This document shows, piece after piece, positions 26,975 through 36,184 of a stretch of 64,000 bases of DNA. Below the pieces are notes generated by a model. That model was not told the origin of the DNA. It ran no database searches and saw nothing but the letters and a program-made list of their open reading frames with translations. Position 1 is the first letter of the stretch. The number at the start of each line of letters is the position of its first letter. The stretch lies in sequence record PV472050.1. The stretch is one strand, 5' to 3'. The position numbers were made by a program, and so were the translations under genes.

Positions 26975-28486
26975 ATGGAAGCCATCACACCGTCTGTCAA
27001 CTGGGTTATGTACCTCCTGGTAGGGCATAACAGCAAGTTAAAGAAAAACAGCTACTTCCTGGGTGGTCATGGGTATTCTTACGATATCCAACAAGAAGGT
27101 AAGCGTAAGCTGGCCAAGGATGTCCCGACATCAGCGGGGTATTATACCGGTAATCCTCAGAAGACCAATACGGCTGTAACGATTCGGGATATTGTGTCCT
27201 TGACCGTAGTGAATGCGGAGAGTGAGCTGGAAGCCCTCTTGAAGGGATATTGGGAAATCCTGAATGCCCTTACCACCGATCCCATCCTGAAGAACCTGTG
27301 TATCATTACCGAACACAAAGTCTTGGAAGCCTTGAGTAAGGTGGATAAGAAGAACGTCGAAGACACTGAAGAGTTCAAACTCGGAAGACTGGTTTTAAGC
27401 GCAACGGAGCGAGCGGTGTTGTTAGACATCCTCACCTGCTTGGAAATAGCCAGTCAAACAGACCGTCGGGTAGTCTTCGATTTCCCAGGTGTTGCAGAAG
27501 GGGGTCAAGGGAATAAGGAAGCCGCCAAACAAAGGGACCTTGCTGAAACAATCAGTCTGTTTGGGTTTAAGAAGGAAACTAACCTGGAAGTGGTTTCCCG
27601 TAAGGAGTATGAAAACCCAGAGGTGGAATTCAACAAGATCGTCAGTGCCTCTCGGTGGTATTTCAATACCTTGGATCCTGAAGCGTTCTATAAAGAACAA
27701 CACGGGTATCGGGTGTACGGGTTTGGTAAGGTCGAACGGGATAAAACGTACTACGGTAAGCTCACCCCGGATGTGACCTATTCCAAGCTCTACACCAAAC
27801 AACCCCTTCGTTTACTGGATAAGTTGTTTGACTTTACGGTACAACGGATTGCCAATCCCGAGGGGTATTTGTCAGCAGGGGATCTGAACCACATTGTCAC
27901 CAAGGACGTGGCGCGGTTAGTGGATCGTTTCCCAGGGGTTCCTAAGGAAAAGGAACTGATCTCCCCTTTCACCAAACAGAATACGAAACCGGTTCTGATT
28001 GAACTGATATCCCCGGTCTTGATGTCGTATCGGATCAGGGATTTCTTAATTGGGATGGATATTCTGTTTGAAGGGTTTATGAACAAGGATACCGAGAACC
28101 GGTATGGGTATCTGACGTTCTACATTATCACGGATTTGATTTACCAGAAGGAAGTCAATGGAAAAGGGGTGGAGAAACTTAAGCTGGATCCAGCCTTTAC
28201 CCAGACTCGGGAAACGATCAGTTTAAAGGTCACTCATCCCAGTGCAATTAAGCCGGTAACCATCAAGCTGTCCATTGGGTACGACACCCCGGATCGAAAC
28301 GCTTTTAATTCGATTACGGACCCTAAAGTTAAGGTCTGGTGTGTGACAGACACCCGGAACAAGGAAGGTTTGCGGTACGCGACGATTGTGGAGACGGATG
28401 AGTTTATCTATATCCATACGTCGGCGATTGCTAACCTTCGGGTGTTAACCTTGGCGGAGTTAGGACGAAGTACTGATAAAGAGTGA
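26975..28486 (+). CDS. RNase H-like protein (phiKZ gp155 position), catalytic residues apparently degenerate
   Basis: GHGYSY, ESELEAL, IITE and GNKEA segments map onto RNase HI motifs; synteny next to UvsX as recalled for phiKZ-like phages. Confidence 0.55.
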   Translation: MEAITPSVNWVMYLLVGHNSKLKKNSYFLGGHGYSYDIQQEGKRKLAKDVPTSAGYYTGNPQKTNTAVTIRDIVSLTVVNAESELEALLKGYWEILNALTTDPILKNLCIITEHKVLEALSKVDKKNVEDTEEFKLGRLVLSATERAVLLDILTCLEIASQTDRRVVFDFPGVAEGGQGNKEAAKQRDLAETISLFGFKKETNLEVVSRKEYENPEVEFNKIVSASRWYFNTLDPEAFYKEQHGYRVYGFGKVERDKTYYGKLTPDVTYSKLYTKQPLRLLDKLFDFTVQRIANPEGYLSAGDLNHIVTKDVARLVDRFPGVPKEKELISPFTKQNTKPVLIELISPVLMSYRIRDFLIGMDILFEGFMNKDTENRYGYLTFYIITDLIYQKEVNGKGVEKLKLDPAFTQTRETISLKVTHPSAIKPVTIKLSIGYDTPDRNAFNSITDPKVKVWCVTDTRNKEGLRYATIVETDEFIYIHTSAIANLRVLTLAELGRSTDKE

Positions 28487-28490
28487 ACAT

Positions 28491-28528
28491 TATACCTACT
28501 GGGAGGTTCACACCTCCCAGTAGGTATA
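28491..28528. terminator. Bidirectional terminator between convergent genes
   Basis: 16-bp perfect stem TATACCTACTGGGAGG/CCTCCCAGTAGGTATA. Confidence 0.8.
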
Positions 28529-28537
28529 CGTATGCTG

Positions 28538-29380
28538 CTATTTTGCTTTGGTTACAATCGTCTCGGTCTGATCACGGAAGACGGCCGCCAGTTCGTTCAG
28601 GAGGGTCATCATCGCCCCGCAGATGTCTGTAAACTCCACAAAACGATTAACCACCAATTCCACTTCAGTCAGATTCTTCTCATCCACGACGAGGTCATTG
28701 GTTTTGATCTTCTCCACCAGGAGTTGTCCCAGTTCATAAACCCGACTCAATTCCCGACTGGCCATTTCAACATCCCGGGCACCCAGTAGCTTGGCTGACA
28801 CGTTGTAGGTTTCCAGTACACTGTACAGTTCTTCGAAATTGACGTAAACTTCACCCAGGGTACAGGTCTTGCGGTGGGGGTTGGATGGGAGACCTTTAAG
28901 GAACTGTTCGGAACGGTCCAGTACCGCGTCGAAGTTGGTAATGGTCCAACGGAAACGGGTTTCGGGACGACCAGTCTTAATCAGTTGCTTAAGCCAATCG
29001 TATAGTCGAATTGCTTCAGTTTTCATACTACTGACCAGATAGACCCCATCCGTGGCTACGAATTGAGTATAGGCCATCATATTACCGAGTCCAGGCGTGT
29101 AGGTCTCCGGGACAATGACTGGCAACCCGGCGTTCTTAACAAAGAGAATCTCTTTCCGCTGGATCGTTTTACGGAACTTTTCAACGTCCAGAGTGATAAC
29201 CGACTTTTCGAAGGCGGCCAGGCGGCGGTCTATAGAGGCACCGAACTCAGAGAAGAAAAGACCCACACTTTCCCCTACACTGAGTTTTTCAGCCCCCAGG
29301 ACTGAGAGAAGCTGGGGATTCTTGATCCGTTCGATGAAGTCTTTTGATGTGAAGGAATGTTCCATAACTGAAAATCTCAT
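28538..29380 (-). CDS. Putative virion structural protein (280 aa)
   Basis: Long ORF divergent from uvsX; function assigned from context only. Confidence 0.6.
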   Translation of the reverse strand: MRFSVMEHSFTSKDFIERIKNPQLLSVLGAEKLSVGESVGLFFSEFGASIDRRLAAFEKSVITLDVEKFRKTIQRKEILFVKNAGLPVIVPETYTPGLGNMMAYTQFVATDGVYLVSSMKTEAIRLYDWLKQLIKTGRPETRFRWTITNFDAVLDRSEQFLKGLPSNPHRKTCTLGEVYVNFEELYSVLETYNVSAKLLGARDVEMASRELSRVYELGQLLVEKIKTNDLVVDEKNLTEVELVVNRFVEFTDICGAMMTLLNELAAVFRDQTETIVTKAK

Positions 29381-29477
29381 GAGTATAGTTTGGGGAATGG
29401 GTTTTTACGCAGACCCATCTAAAACAGGGCGTTGCCCTTTCAGCTAAAGTTCATAAAATACGAGGAATAAGAGGAAC

Positions 29478-30947
29478 ATGAGCACACCTCTTCTGTTTAC
29501 CCAAGAGTTGGAATCGTCGGATACGTTGATTGTTGATCTTCCGTTTTCCCCTATCTTCGATATGTTAAACACCGAGATCTTGATGAGTGCATCAGGCGTG
29601 GCGTATAACAACGGGGGTCTTTGTCGTAACAATGCGATCGCCGGTGGAAACAACACCCAGAAGACCGGGATGACCGTACTGGGTATGGCACGGGTCCTGA
29701 TTCGGTTTAAAGGGTCGGTTGTTTTCTTCTTTGATATTGAGGCCACCTTCTCTGTAGACCGTCTGGCGGAAATGGTAGACCGAGAGATCGGTATTCCCGA
29801 GTACTTCAACGAACAGATACTCGGTAAGCGATTCTTCTACTTCTCTCGGAATGATTTGGTAAATTCTTGTGATGGAGCCTTTGTTCATGACAAGTTCAAA
29901 TGGCTTAAAGAGAAGGTTACTGAACAGATTAAAGCCAAAGCTGATATCTTCATGAAGACCCCCTTTATTGACAGGGAAGGCAAACCCGTTAAGATTATTA
30001 CCCCTATTCTGTGTGTGGTCGACTCTATCTCCGAAATGCCTTTCCAGCGTGTATCGGAGCATTTCCAGGAAGGGGAAGTCGATCAAGGCGGGGAGAAGAA
30101 GACTCGGGATTTGGTGATTGGCAACCTCCGCCGGATTGTCTATGAAGACGCGGATATCTTGGGTGGGGTATCGGGTTGCTACCAGATTTGGGTAGCTCAG
30201 GTTGTTGATAAGATCAATATGAACAGCCGTCCTGAAGAGAAGGAATCAGTCTTCATTCGTCCAGGGAAGAAACTGAAAGGTCCTAAGGCCATGATGCGTA
30301 TTCCGCAGATTGGGCATGAGATCCTTAAAGGGTCGGTGCTTAAAGGTGGGAGCAACGGCCAAGAGTGGTTGTACCCGAATCCCTTCGGTAAGGACGTTAT
30401 CGTGACGACCGACGCTAAAGAAATGCCTGACTTGATGCTTTACAGTAGTCAACCCTATCGGAATAAGGCGGGGATGTCAGGTATTAACGCGTTCTTCATT
30501 GGTTCCCAGTCCATGGGGATTCAAGAAGGTCTGACCATGTACCATGTACTGAAGACAGCTAAGTACTTCGGTCTGGAAGGGAGTGACCGCAGTCATCACT
30601 GCATTCTGTACCCTGATCTGAAGGTGGGTCGTACCACTGTATGGGAAAATACCATTGAAGACCGTAAATTCCTGCGAGCACTGACCATCATTTACCACCT
30701 GTGGTTCATGCAAACCTTCTGGCTGACACTCCCCCACAAATACCGTCTGACTCCTCAGGCATTGTACGACGGTATTATTGCTCAAGGACTGGACTGGAAT
30801 GATATTCTGGAGAACACGGTAGACTACTGGTACACCAATCCAGATATTGACAAGTACACCGTTACAACGTATGAGCTCATTCGTATTGCACTGGGTGAAC
30901 GTAAACCTTACTGGAAAGAGAAAGGTGCGCCTAAGGCTATTGTTTAA
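29478..30947 (+). CDS. uvsX: UvsX/RecA-like recombinase
   Basis: P-loop-like GGNNTQKTG, FFFDIEAT and CVVDSISE motifs; GAGGA RBS. Confidence 0.8.
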   Translation: MSTPLLFTQELESSDTLIVDLPFSPIFDMLNTEILMSASGVAYNNGGLCRNNAIAGGNNTQKTGMTVLGMARVLIRFKGSVVFFFDIEATFSVDRLAEMVDREIGIPEYFNEQILGKRFFYFSRNDLVNSCDGAFVHDKFKWLKEKVTEQIKAKADIFMKTPFIDREGKPVKIITPILCVVDSISEMPFQRVSEHFQEGEVDQGGEKKTRDLVIGNLRRIVYEDADILGGVSGCYQIWVAQVVDKINMNSRPEEKESVFIRPGKKLKGPKAMMRIPQIGHEILKGSVLKGGSNGQEWLYPNPFGKDVIVTTDAKEMPDLMLYSSQPYRNKAGMSGINAFFIGSQSMGIQEGLTMYHVLKTAKYFGLEGSDRSHHCILYPDLKVGRTTVWENTIEDRKFLRALTIIYHLWFMQTFWLTLPHKYRLTPQALYDGIIAQGLDWNDILENTVDYWYTNPDIDKYTVTTYELIRIALGERKPYWKEKGAPKAIV

Positions 30948-30969
30948 ATAAAGGGTGGGAGGATAGCCT

Positions 30970-31380
30970 GTGTCCTCCCACCCCGACTCTGTAAAGGACC
31001 CCCTCATGGAAACAGCACCGTGCCCCACCACCATTCTCATTATGGCGGACAGTAACTTTATTAATCTTTGCCTGGATCCGTTCGACTACATCAGGCGGTT
31101 GAAAGAACGGGTGTCTGCTGTGCGGGAGGATAGCCCGTTGTTGTATACTGTCAGTGGTCGCTATGGTGTGAGCGCCATTGACAGTGAAATCCCGGTGATT
31201 GAAGTGAATGACCGGAATAAGACCCTCTTCAGTCAAACCTTGGAGAACTGCTCCATGTTGTTTGATGAACTCCTGGCGATCAGTACGGTCGAGAGTGATC
31301 CCTTTATTAACTCCGCCAAAGAAGTGATTACGTTGGCCAACAAGACGTTTACACATTACAAATACCCGAGGAAAGTGTAA
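30970..31380 (+). CDS. Hypothetical protein
   Basis: Co-directional ORF; AAGGA RBS before an internal ATG at about 31006. Confidence 0.65.
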   Translation: MSSHPDSVKDPLMETAPCPTTILIMADSNFINLCLDPFDYIRRLKERVSAVREDSPLLYTVSGRYGVSAIDSEIPVIEVNDRNKTLFSQTLENCSMLFDELLAISTVESDPFINSAKEVITLANKTFTHYKYPRKV

Positions 31381-32057
31381 TGGCTGGTAACCGGAAGGCA
31401 TTTGAAGAACATGTGTATAAAGCCTTTGGCCCTCTGACCAAAGGGGGTGGCAATAAGAAGATTTATGAGAAACTCTTTGCCACTATGGACGATGACGCTT
31501 TTGAAGACTTCGTCCAGTGGTTGGAAAAAGGGAATCCGCTAGCGATTTGGGCCAGTAACTTTGTTCCTGAAGAGAAACTGAATTTTGATAACCTGATGAG
31601 ACTCTGTAAACAGTTCGGTATTGAAGTTGAACACCAACTGGTTATTTACGACGAAGACACCGGGATCAAGTCACTGACCGCTTATAAGGCGATTGTAGGA
31701 CGTGCTGAAGTCCGTAAACAACGTCAGATGTTGTCCAAGAAGTTCAGTGCGGCTAAGAACGACTACGAAATCGATGACCTCACCGGTCAACCCATGGGGG
31801 ACAGCCGGAGTGCGGGGATCAGCGGTCCTGAGGTTACCGTACTGCGTAACCTGGGTTTGAACATCATGGCGAATGAACTGTACAACGTTAAAGGCGGCGA
31901 CCAAGAGGCCTTTAAGGCGTACAAGAACGATTTGTTGACCACCGGTAAGACTACCACCAATGGGAGCCTGCGTAAAGGCTCGGGTACCAAGGTGCTGAGC
32001 ACGGTCCACCACCTCATGCGTGGTCGTCATATCGACACTAACTTTAACCAGAAGTGA
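31380..32057 (+). CDS. Virion RNA polymerase beta subunit, C-terminal part (phiKZ gp149 type)
   Basis: TGQP.G.S..ISGPEV..L...GL....ELYNVKGGD corresponds to the RpoB C-terminal GQRFGEMEVWAL...ELLTVKSDD region. Confidence 0.8.
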   Translation: MAGNRKAFEEHVYKAFGPLTKGGGNKKIYEKLFATMDDDAFEDFVQWLEKGNPLAIWASNFVPEEKLNFDNLMRLCKQFGIEVEHQLVIYDEDTGIKSLTAYKAIVGRAEVRKQRQMLSKKFSAAKNDYEIDDLTGQPMGDSRSAGISGPEVTVLRNLGLNIMANELYNVKGGDQEAFKAYKNDLLTTGKTTTNGSLRKGSGTKVLSTVHHLMRGRHIDTNFNQK

Positions 32058-32066
32058 TCTCTCCCC

Positions 32067-32480
32067 ATGGATAAACTCATTCATTTGTCGAATACCATTC
32101 AAGAAGTATGGTTAGACCTGTCAACCGGAGAAGCTCCTTCTCCCATTATTCAGAACTTCTCGTCGCTTATCAACCGTCCTTTGATCTGTTTTAACGAAGC
32201 CTATTCAGTCTTTATGTCCCAAGTGGGAAGTAGGAGTGATCTCTTCGACAGTTGGGTCAGTATTCAAATGATGGTTATCACCCGCTTGGGTGAGCATCAG
32301 GTGGCTTTCAGTCAGTTCAGTCAAATGTTCAAGGAAGTCTTTAAGACCATTGAAGGGGGTAATGGACTGGATATTTCCGATGAGAATGAATATAAACGCT
32401 GGAGTTTCTTGATTGCTTTAGCGTTTAGGGTGTATACCACTCATTTCATTGTACCCCCATCTAAAGGACGTAAGGCATGA
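32067..32480 (+). CDS. Hypothetical protein (137 aa)
   Basis: Tightly coupled ORF in the operon. Confidence 0.65.
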   Translation: MDKLIHLSNTIQEVWLDLSTGEAPSPIIQNFSSLINRPLICFNEAYSVFMSQVGSRSDLFDSWVSIQMMVITRLGEHQVAFSQFSQMFKEVFKTIEGGNGLDISDENEYKRWSFLIALAFRVYTTHFIVPPSKGRKA

Positions 32481-33259
32481 ATCGGGTATTAACCGCCTAC
32501 GCGGATGTGGACAGTCTCTTCGATTATCGGAGGGGATTGATTCAGAAGTGGTTAACACGAGACATGGCTGTTAGCGATGAAAACAGCTTGAGTGATGAAG
32601 CCTTTGCAGCGTATCAAGAGAAACGCCGGCTTCAAGGGGACACCCTGTGGGAACTTCATATTGAGAAGAACTACAGGGAGAGAAGGATGGATACGTTTAA
32701 TTATCCGTTCTTTGGGTTCACCCGACAGATATTCAGGGAACTCTATCAGAAACGGAGCTTACGGGATTGGGGGTACGGGTATTACCCTACCGGGTTCCTG
32801 TCTAATTTCGTTAAGGTGATTATCGAGCATGAACAACTGACCGATAAACCTATCGAGATCAAAGGGATTACCCTCACGATCAACTGTTTCCCTTATGTCA
32901 TGGATACAGCCCTTAAGGAGGAGTTGATCGAGCACGTTAAGACTCGGTTAGGCTACCGGGTAGAGGTGAAGACCGTTGATGACGACATTATCAATGCGAC
33001 ACCCTCCTACTATCGACAGTTCGATTATGTCTTCAAATATGACTTCCTGTTGAATGAAGACTACAAGTCCTTCTTTGAGAACGTCGGTAAACCGCCTATT
33101 CCTGATACGGCGTTTTTGGTTCCAGATCTCCTGGTTCAAGAAACCGAGTATTTAGAAGGGAGTATTTATGACCGTATCTTCGCCCAATCCATTGCGTTAG
33201 CTCCTGTATTGAAATTGATTCCGATCAATAAAGGTTTCTATGATTACTTGACGGACTAA
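32477..33259 (+). CDS. Hypothetical protein (260 aa) with N-terminal DxD
   Basis: ATGA overlap with the upstream gene; YADVDSLFD resembles HAD motif I only weakly. Confidence 0.7.
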   Translation: MNRVLTAYADVDSLFDYRRGLIQKWLTRDMAVSDENSLSDEAFAAYQEKRRLQGDTLWELHIEKNYRERRMDTFNYPFFGFTRQIFRELYQKRSLRDWGYGYYPTGFLSNFVKVIIEHEQLTDKPIEIKGITLTINCFPYVMDTALKEELIEHVKTRLGYRVEVKTVDDDIINATPSYYRQFDYVFKYDFLLNEDYKSFFENVGKPPIPDTAFLVPDLLVQETEYLEGSIYDRIFAQSIALAPVLKLIPINKGFYDYLTD

Positions 33260-33268
33260 CCCCTTTAT

Positions 33269-33298
33269 TAACTGGGTGGGGAAATCCCCACCCAGTTA
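33269..33298. terminator. Bidirectional terminator between convergent genes
   Basis: Stem TAACTGGGTGGGG/CCCCACCCAGTTA. Confidence 0.75.
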
Positions 33299-33309
33299 TG
33301 TTCGCTTGG

Positions 33310-33822
33310 TTAAATTTCCTCACCATCGATATCCACCAGCTGATTCCCCTGGACCAGCTCTTCTTCCGTAATGGGACTCAAGGTAGGATCCAGAGGCAGG
33401 GGTTTAGAGGGATCCAGTACGAACTGCGAGAACTCAAAGGTGGGGAGTTTAATCCCTCCACTTTGAATACGCTCCATAGCCTCCAGCATTTGGTTAAAGG
33501 CCAGTCGGTTGCCTTCATTCTCTTTCTTCTTAGCCCGCTCTTTACGGTCATCCCGTACGGTCTTCTCAATCTGCGCAATAATCTGTGTGACCCCTTCCAG
33601 CAGATGCGCGTTCTTCGGATTATCCAAATACGCAGACATAGCGTATTCTAGAATGAAAGCCCGGTTACGTTGTACTACCTTAACCAGTTCTTCCTGTTCG
33701 ATATCCTCCAGATTACCAGTCATTGCCTTACGGAGTTCTTCCAGAACCGTTTGCATTTTATCCGTATCCAAAGGACTGGCTTTCTTCTTTTCCTTTTCGG
33801 GTGTGTCGTCAGGCGTTTCCAT
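33310..33822 (-). CDS. Hypothetical helical protein (170 aa)
   Basis: ORF ends at the shared hairpin. Confidence 0.7.
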   Translation of the reverse strand: METPDDTPEKEKKKASPLDTDKMQTVLEELRKAMTGNLEDIEQEELVKVVQRNRAFILEYAMSAYLDNPKNAHLLEGVTQIIAQIEKTVRDDRKERAKKKENEGNRLAFNQMLEAMERIQSGGIKLPTFEFSQFVLDPSKPLPLDPTLSPITEEELVQGNQLVDIDGEEI

Positions 33823-33871
33823 GATTTTTCAGACCTACATTATTCGTTTGAGTGGTTAGGAGTATGTGTAA

Positions 33872-34450
33872 ATGGCACTAACTAAACGGGCTCTATTCAG
33901 GTGGTTAAGCTGGATACCTGGTATAGGTAACCTGTTTAACCGAAAACTGGATTCCCTCACGATCGAGCAGCTGACTGAGATTAATCAACGGTTCTCTAAG
34001 GCTTCAGTACGGTTCGCAGCTCAGATCCAGGATCTATACGATTGCTTAAAGCCCCTAAATACGTCCTTTGACATCGATCCGAGGGTCTACCTACCCTTAC
34101 CTATTGAACTGTCAACAAAGTCCTCTAAGGACGCTCACAGGCTGGTAGAGAGGGTACTGTCAGGTTACTCGTGGAACCCTGACGAACACTTCGTGAGTAA
34201 CATGATCGAACACTACCCCAGTTTCCTGGACTGGTACAGTAACGGTTACAGTCTCGACGGGTATTACCAGGGGATGCTGAAACTCATGGAACTATACTGT
34301 ACCTTATTCCCCGTTATACCGAATGAGGACGATCCTGTTGAATGTCATCCTGTCGTAGAGAACTTCTTAACCAGCCGGTGGTTTAGGCTGATGGTTATTG
34401 ACCTGATCAAAATACTGACTCTGGTACTTATCCAACGTCGGGGAGGTTAA
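33872..34450 (+). CDS. Putative virion protein (192 aa)
   Basis: TAGGAG RBS; function assigned from context only. Confidence 0.65.
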   Translation: MALTKRALFRWLSWIPGIGNLFNRKLDSLTIEQLTEINQRFSKASVRFAAQIQDLYDCLKPLNTSFDIDPRVYLPLPIELSTKSSKDAHRLVERVLSGYSWNPDEHFVSNMIEHYPSFLDWYSNGYSLDGYYQGMLKLMELYCTLFPVIPNEDDPVECHPVVENFLTSRWFRLMVIDLIKILTLVLIQRRGG

Positions 34451-34885
34451 ATGGAAGCAAACAGAAAGAGACCCAAAGCCAGCCGGTTGGAGAGTATCTC
34501 CCACAAGTTTGTACGGGATGAAGAACTCAGAGATCCCCCCGCCCGGTTATTCCGGGCAATTCTGAACAAAGTGGTTCCTACCCCTCACAAGTGGAAGAAC
34601 TACTTACGGGATTATCTGGAGTATGTGGTGACCACCCGAGATCCCCAACGGGCTAAGACCGAACGCATTACCCGGCAAGGTAACATTAAGGCAACCTATT
34701 TCCAAAGCTATACGTTAACCTTCCAGAAACTCTTGGAAGGGTTGTCTATCCTACGGATGAAATCTTGCAGAATCATCATCGAGGTTGTTGATGAACACGG
34801 TGAAATACTCACAGTGGAAGAAACCATTCGCATCGTAGAGAAGAAGCGTTTGGAGAAACCCATTGTGGATGAACCGGAAGAGTGA
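34451..34885 (+). CDS. Hypothetical protein (144 aa)
   Basis: GGAGG RBS; abuts the upstream stop codon. Confidence 0.7.
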   Translation: MEANRKRPKASRLESISHKFVRDEELRDPPARLFRAILNKVVPTPHKWKNYLRDYLEYVVTTRDPQRAKTERITRQGNIKATYFQSYTLTFQKLLEGLSILRMKSCRIIIEVVDEHGEILTVEETIRIVEKKRLEKPIVDEPEE

Positions 34886-34890
34886 ATGCA

Positions 34891-34918
34891 GGAGTAGGTG
34901 CGCTAGCGCACCTACTCC
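34891..34918 (+). terminator. Rho-independent terminator
   Basis: Stem GGAGTAGGTGCGC/GCGCACCTACTCC with a pyrimidine/T tract. Confidence 0.75.
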
Positions 34919-34954
34919 CCTTCCCCTTTATTCTTTATTTTTTGGAGTGCCGCT

Positions 34955-36064
34955 ATGGGTATCCTTGACGGGTTCAATCTGTCTTCGGGTATTAATGCCT
35001 TTAAGAAAGAAACCGAAACCGCAATGCGGGGGGTTAAAAGTGAAACCCTAACCCCTATTGATGTCACCGCCAGTCGTCTTAAAGAAGGGGTGGCTCTTAC
35101 TAACCCGAATGACACCACACTCAAGTCAACCATCACCGCGTACCGGAGTTCGGTTGTAGAAGCCCTAGACGGTGTTATTGGAGCCCTGTCAGGCGGTTTA
35201 CTCAATACGAAGGACATTACCCGAGCCATTCGTATTGATAGCAATGGGGTCAGTTTCAGTGATGATGACTTGATTACCGCGGCAGGGAGTCAAATGGGTG
35301 TTAACGTCTGGGGTAAGAACGGCGTTAAGCAACTCATCGCAGACACTCTCACCGCAGAATTCAATCGACTCACTGGATTGAATGTGGGTCAGATTATCCA
35401 GGTCGGTTATGGTGATCAAGGTTCACCCTTCCGTATCAATGACAGTTGGAGAACTCAGCTCGGTAGCGCCACCCTCGATATGCTCAGGGATTATACCGGT
35501 ATTGATGAGTTTGTAGACGTCAGTGTTCAATCGGCGTTTTACAACGCCATCCTGTACAACTCGGCGATGTACGGGATGAGTGACAGTTATAAAACCCAAT
35601 GGGATAACTACCCGTATCTCTCTCTGAGACAAGATGCTTTTATTGAAGCTATTCAGTACATGATTACGAATGGGGATGTCGAGAGTATCAGTAAGGTCTT
35701 TGAACTCATTAACACCGAAGGCAAGAATACCTTACTGAGTAAATACCCGGATTTCATTGAAACCCTCTTTACGAAGTTCTCCTTCGACAGTCAAGTCCAC
35801 AGTGAAGAGCACCCCGCCATTCGTACGAAACTCTTAAACGTCTTAGAAACGGTAGCTGGTAAAGAGTGGTATTACCGGGAGACCCAATTCGGTAAAGCGT
35901 ACAACCTGGGGTTGGTATCGAACATCAGTGACGACATGGTAACCCTGTTAACACCTGTTGAAGAGTTGATTCCCCTCTTAACCACCCGGGGGATCTTTCA
36001 GACTGAACGGGCAACGGATGTATTGAATCAATCCTTCCCGAACGCCCCTATTCGCATTAAATAA
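34955..36064 (+). CDS. Putative virion structural protein (369 aa)
   Basis: GGAG RBS; long ORF in a core block. Confidence 0.65.
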   Translation: MGILDGFNLSSGINAFKKETETAMRGVKSETLTPIDVTASRLKEGVALTNPNDTTLKSTITAYRSSVVEALDGVIGALSGGLLNTKDITRAIRIDSNGVSFSDDDLITAAGSQMGVNVWGKNGVKQLIADTLTAEFNRLTGLNVGQIIQVGYGDQGSPFRINDSWRTQLGSATLDMLRDYTGIDEFVDVSVQSAFYNAILYNSAMYGMSDSYKTQWDNYPYLSLRQDAFIEAIQYMITNGDVESISKVFELINTEGKNTLLSKYPDFIETLFTKFSFDSQVHSEEHPAIRTKLLNVLETVAGKEWYYRETQFGKAYNLGLVSNISDDMVTLLTPVEELIPLLTTRGIFQTERATDVLNQSFPNAPIRIK

Positions 36065-36075
36065 CCCTAACGAAG

Positions 36076-36107
36076 ACTCCCCTACCCCTTAATTGGGGTA
36101 GGGGAGT
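36076..36107. terminator. Bidirectional terminator between convergent genes
   Basis: Stem ACTCCCCTACCCC/GGGGTAGGGGAGT. Confidence 0.75.
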
Positions 36108-36184
36108 TATTACTGAATAAGTTCTTTTATCAATACAAAATAGAAGAGGTGTGCTTAGAAACGGGGGCGTGAAACGAGTTAGTT

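Noticed and set aside
32477-33259. HAD-family phosphatase call from YADVDSLFD
   Set aside because: Only motif I-like residues are visible; I could not place motifs II-IV.
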